DNA of 64,000 nt from Lama glama (Eukaryota): contig CM052816.1 in assembly GCA_028534125.1 (NCBI GenBank), positions 39,310,001 to 39,374,000 on the forward strand. The letters are read 5' to 3'. The notes below the pieces were generated by a model. That model made no database searches and was not told the DNA's origin. It was given only the letters and a program-made list of their open reading frames with translations. The position numbers were made by a program, and so were the translations under genes. Positions 63,635 through 64,000 of the stretch are shown in pieces. Position 1 is the stretch's first letter, and each line of letters starts with the position of its first letter.

Positions 63635-63830
63635 GCACATAGTTGGTGTTGGGCACAAGGTTTTAAATATTTTATGAAATAATTTAGCTTTCATAAAACA
63701 GTGAGGAAGATACTATTTTTATTCCCATTATACAAAGATGAGGAAACTGAAGCACAAGAGGTTATGTAACTCGCACTTCGTCTCACACTTAGACCATGGC
63801 AGGAGCGTCAAGGATCTACACATGCAAGGC
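63635..63830 (-). mobile_element. MIR SINE
   Basis: attcccattatacaaagatgaggaaactgaagcacaagaggttatgtaact, the reverse complement of the MIR core. Confidence 0.85.
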
Positions 63831-64000
63831 GTTTATGAGAGCAGGAGACCGCTGGGAAGCCTCTTCGTTGCTTACCCTGCTGCTCCACCGAATTTACACG
63901 TATCATTCCTCTCATCTCAGCTTAATAGTTATATTGGTCAGTCATTGCTTTTATTATAAAATCTGTTTTTAAAAAAGATTTACCTTTGGCAGGGTGGATT

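Overview
Mammalian, most likely camelid (camel/llama/alpaca), AT-rich non-coding DNA. The lineage call rests on a tRNA-derived SINE resembling Vic-1 at about 37.0-37.2 kb. I found no protein-coding exon of a recognisable gene, no RNA gene and no CRISPR-like array. Every ORF in the track with a recognisable product is a decayed LINE-1 ORF2 fragment, and the rest look spurious. A large part of the window is interspersed repeats: L1 of several ages, L2, MIR, MaLR/ERVL LTRs, an ERVL pol remnant and two ERV1 solo LTRs. Between them lie repeat-free, motif-dense islands that look like enhancers. Repeat orientation weakly suggests a long intron transcribed on the + strand, but I cannot name the host gene. 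The best-supported oddities are: a young solo LTR with a perfect CCGG target-site duplication (TSD) splitting a CpG-rich patch; a 36-bp micro-inversion inside an old L1; a young L1 truncated at both ends; a candidate recursive-splice site with an RS-exon; and a few cryptic-exon candidates. I do not see evidence for a new biological system. Repeat family names and most boundaries come from recalled consensus similarity by eye and are approximate unless a TSD is quoted.
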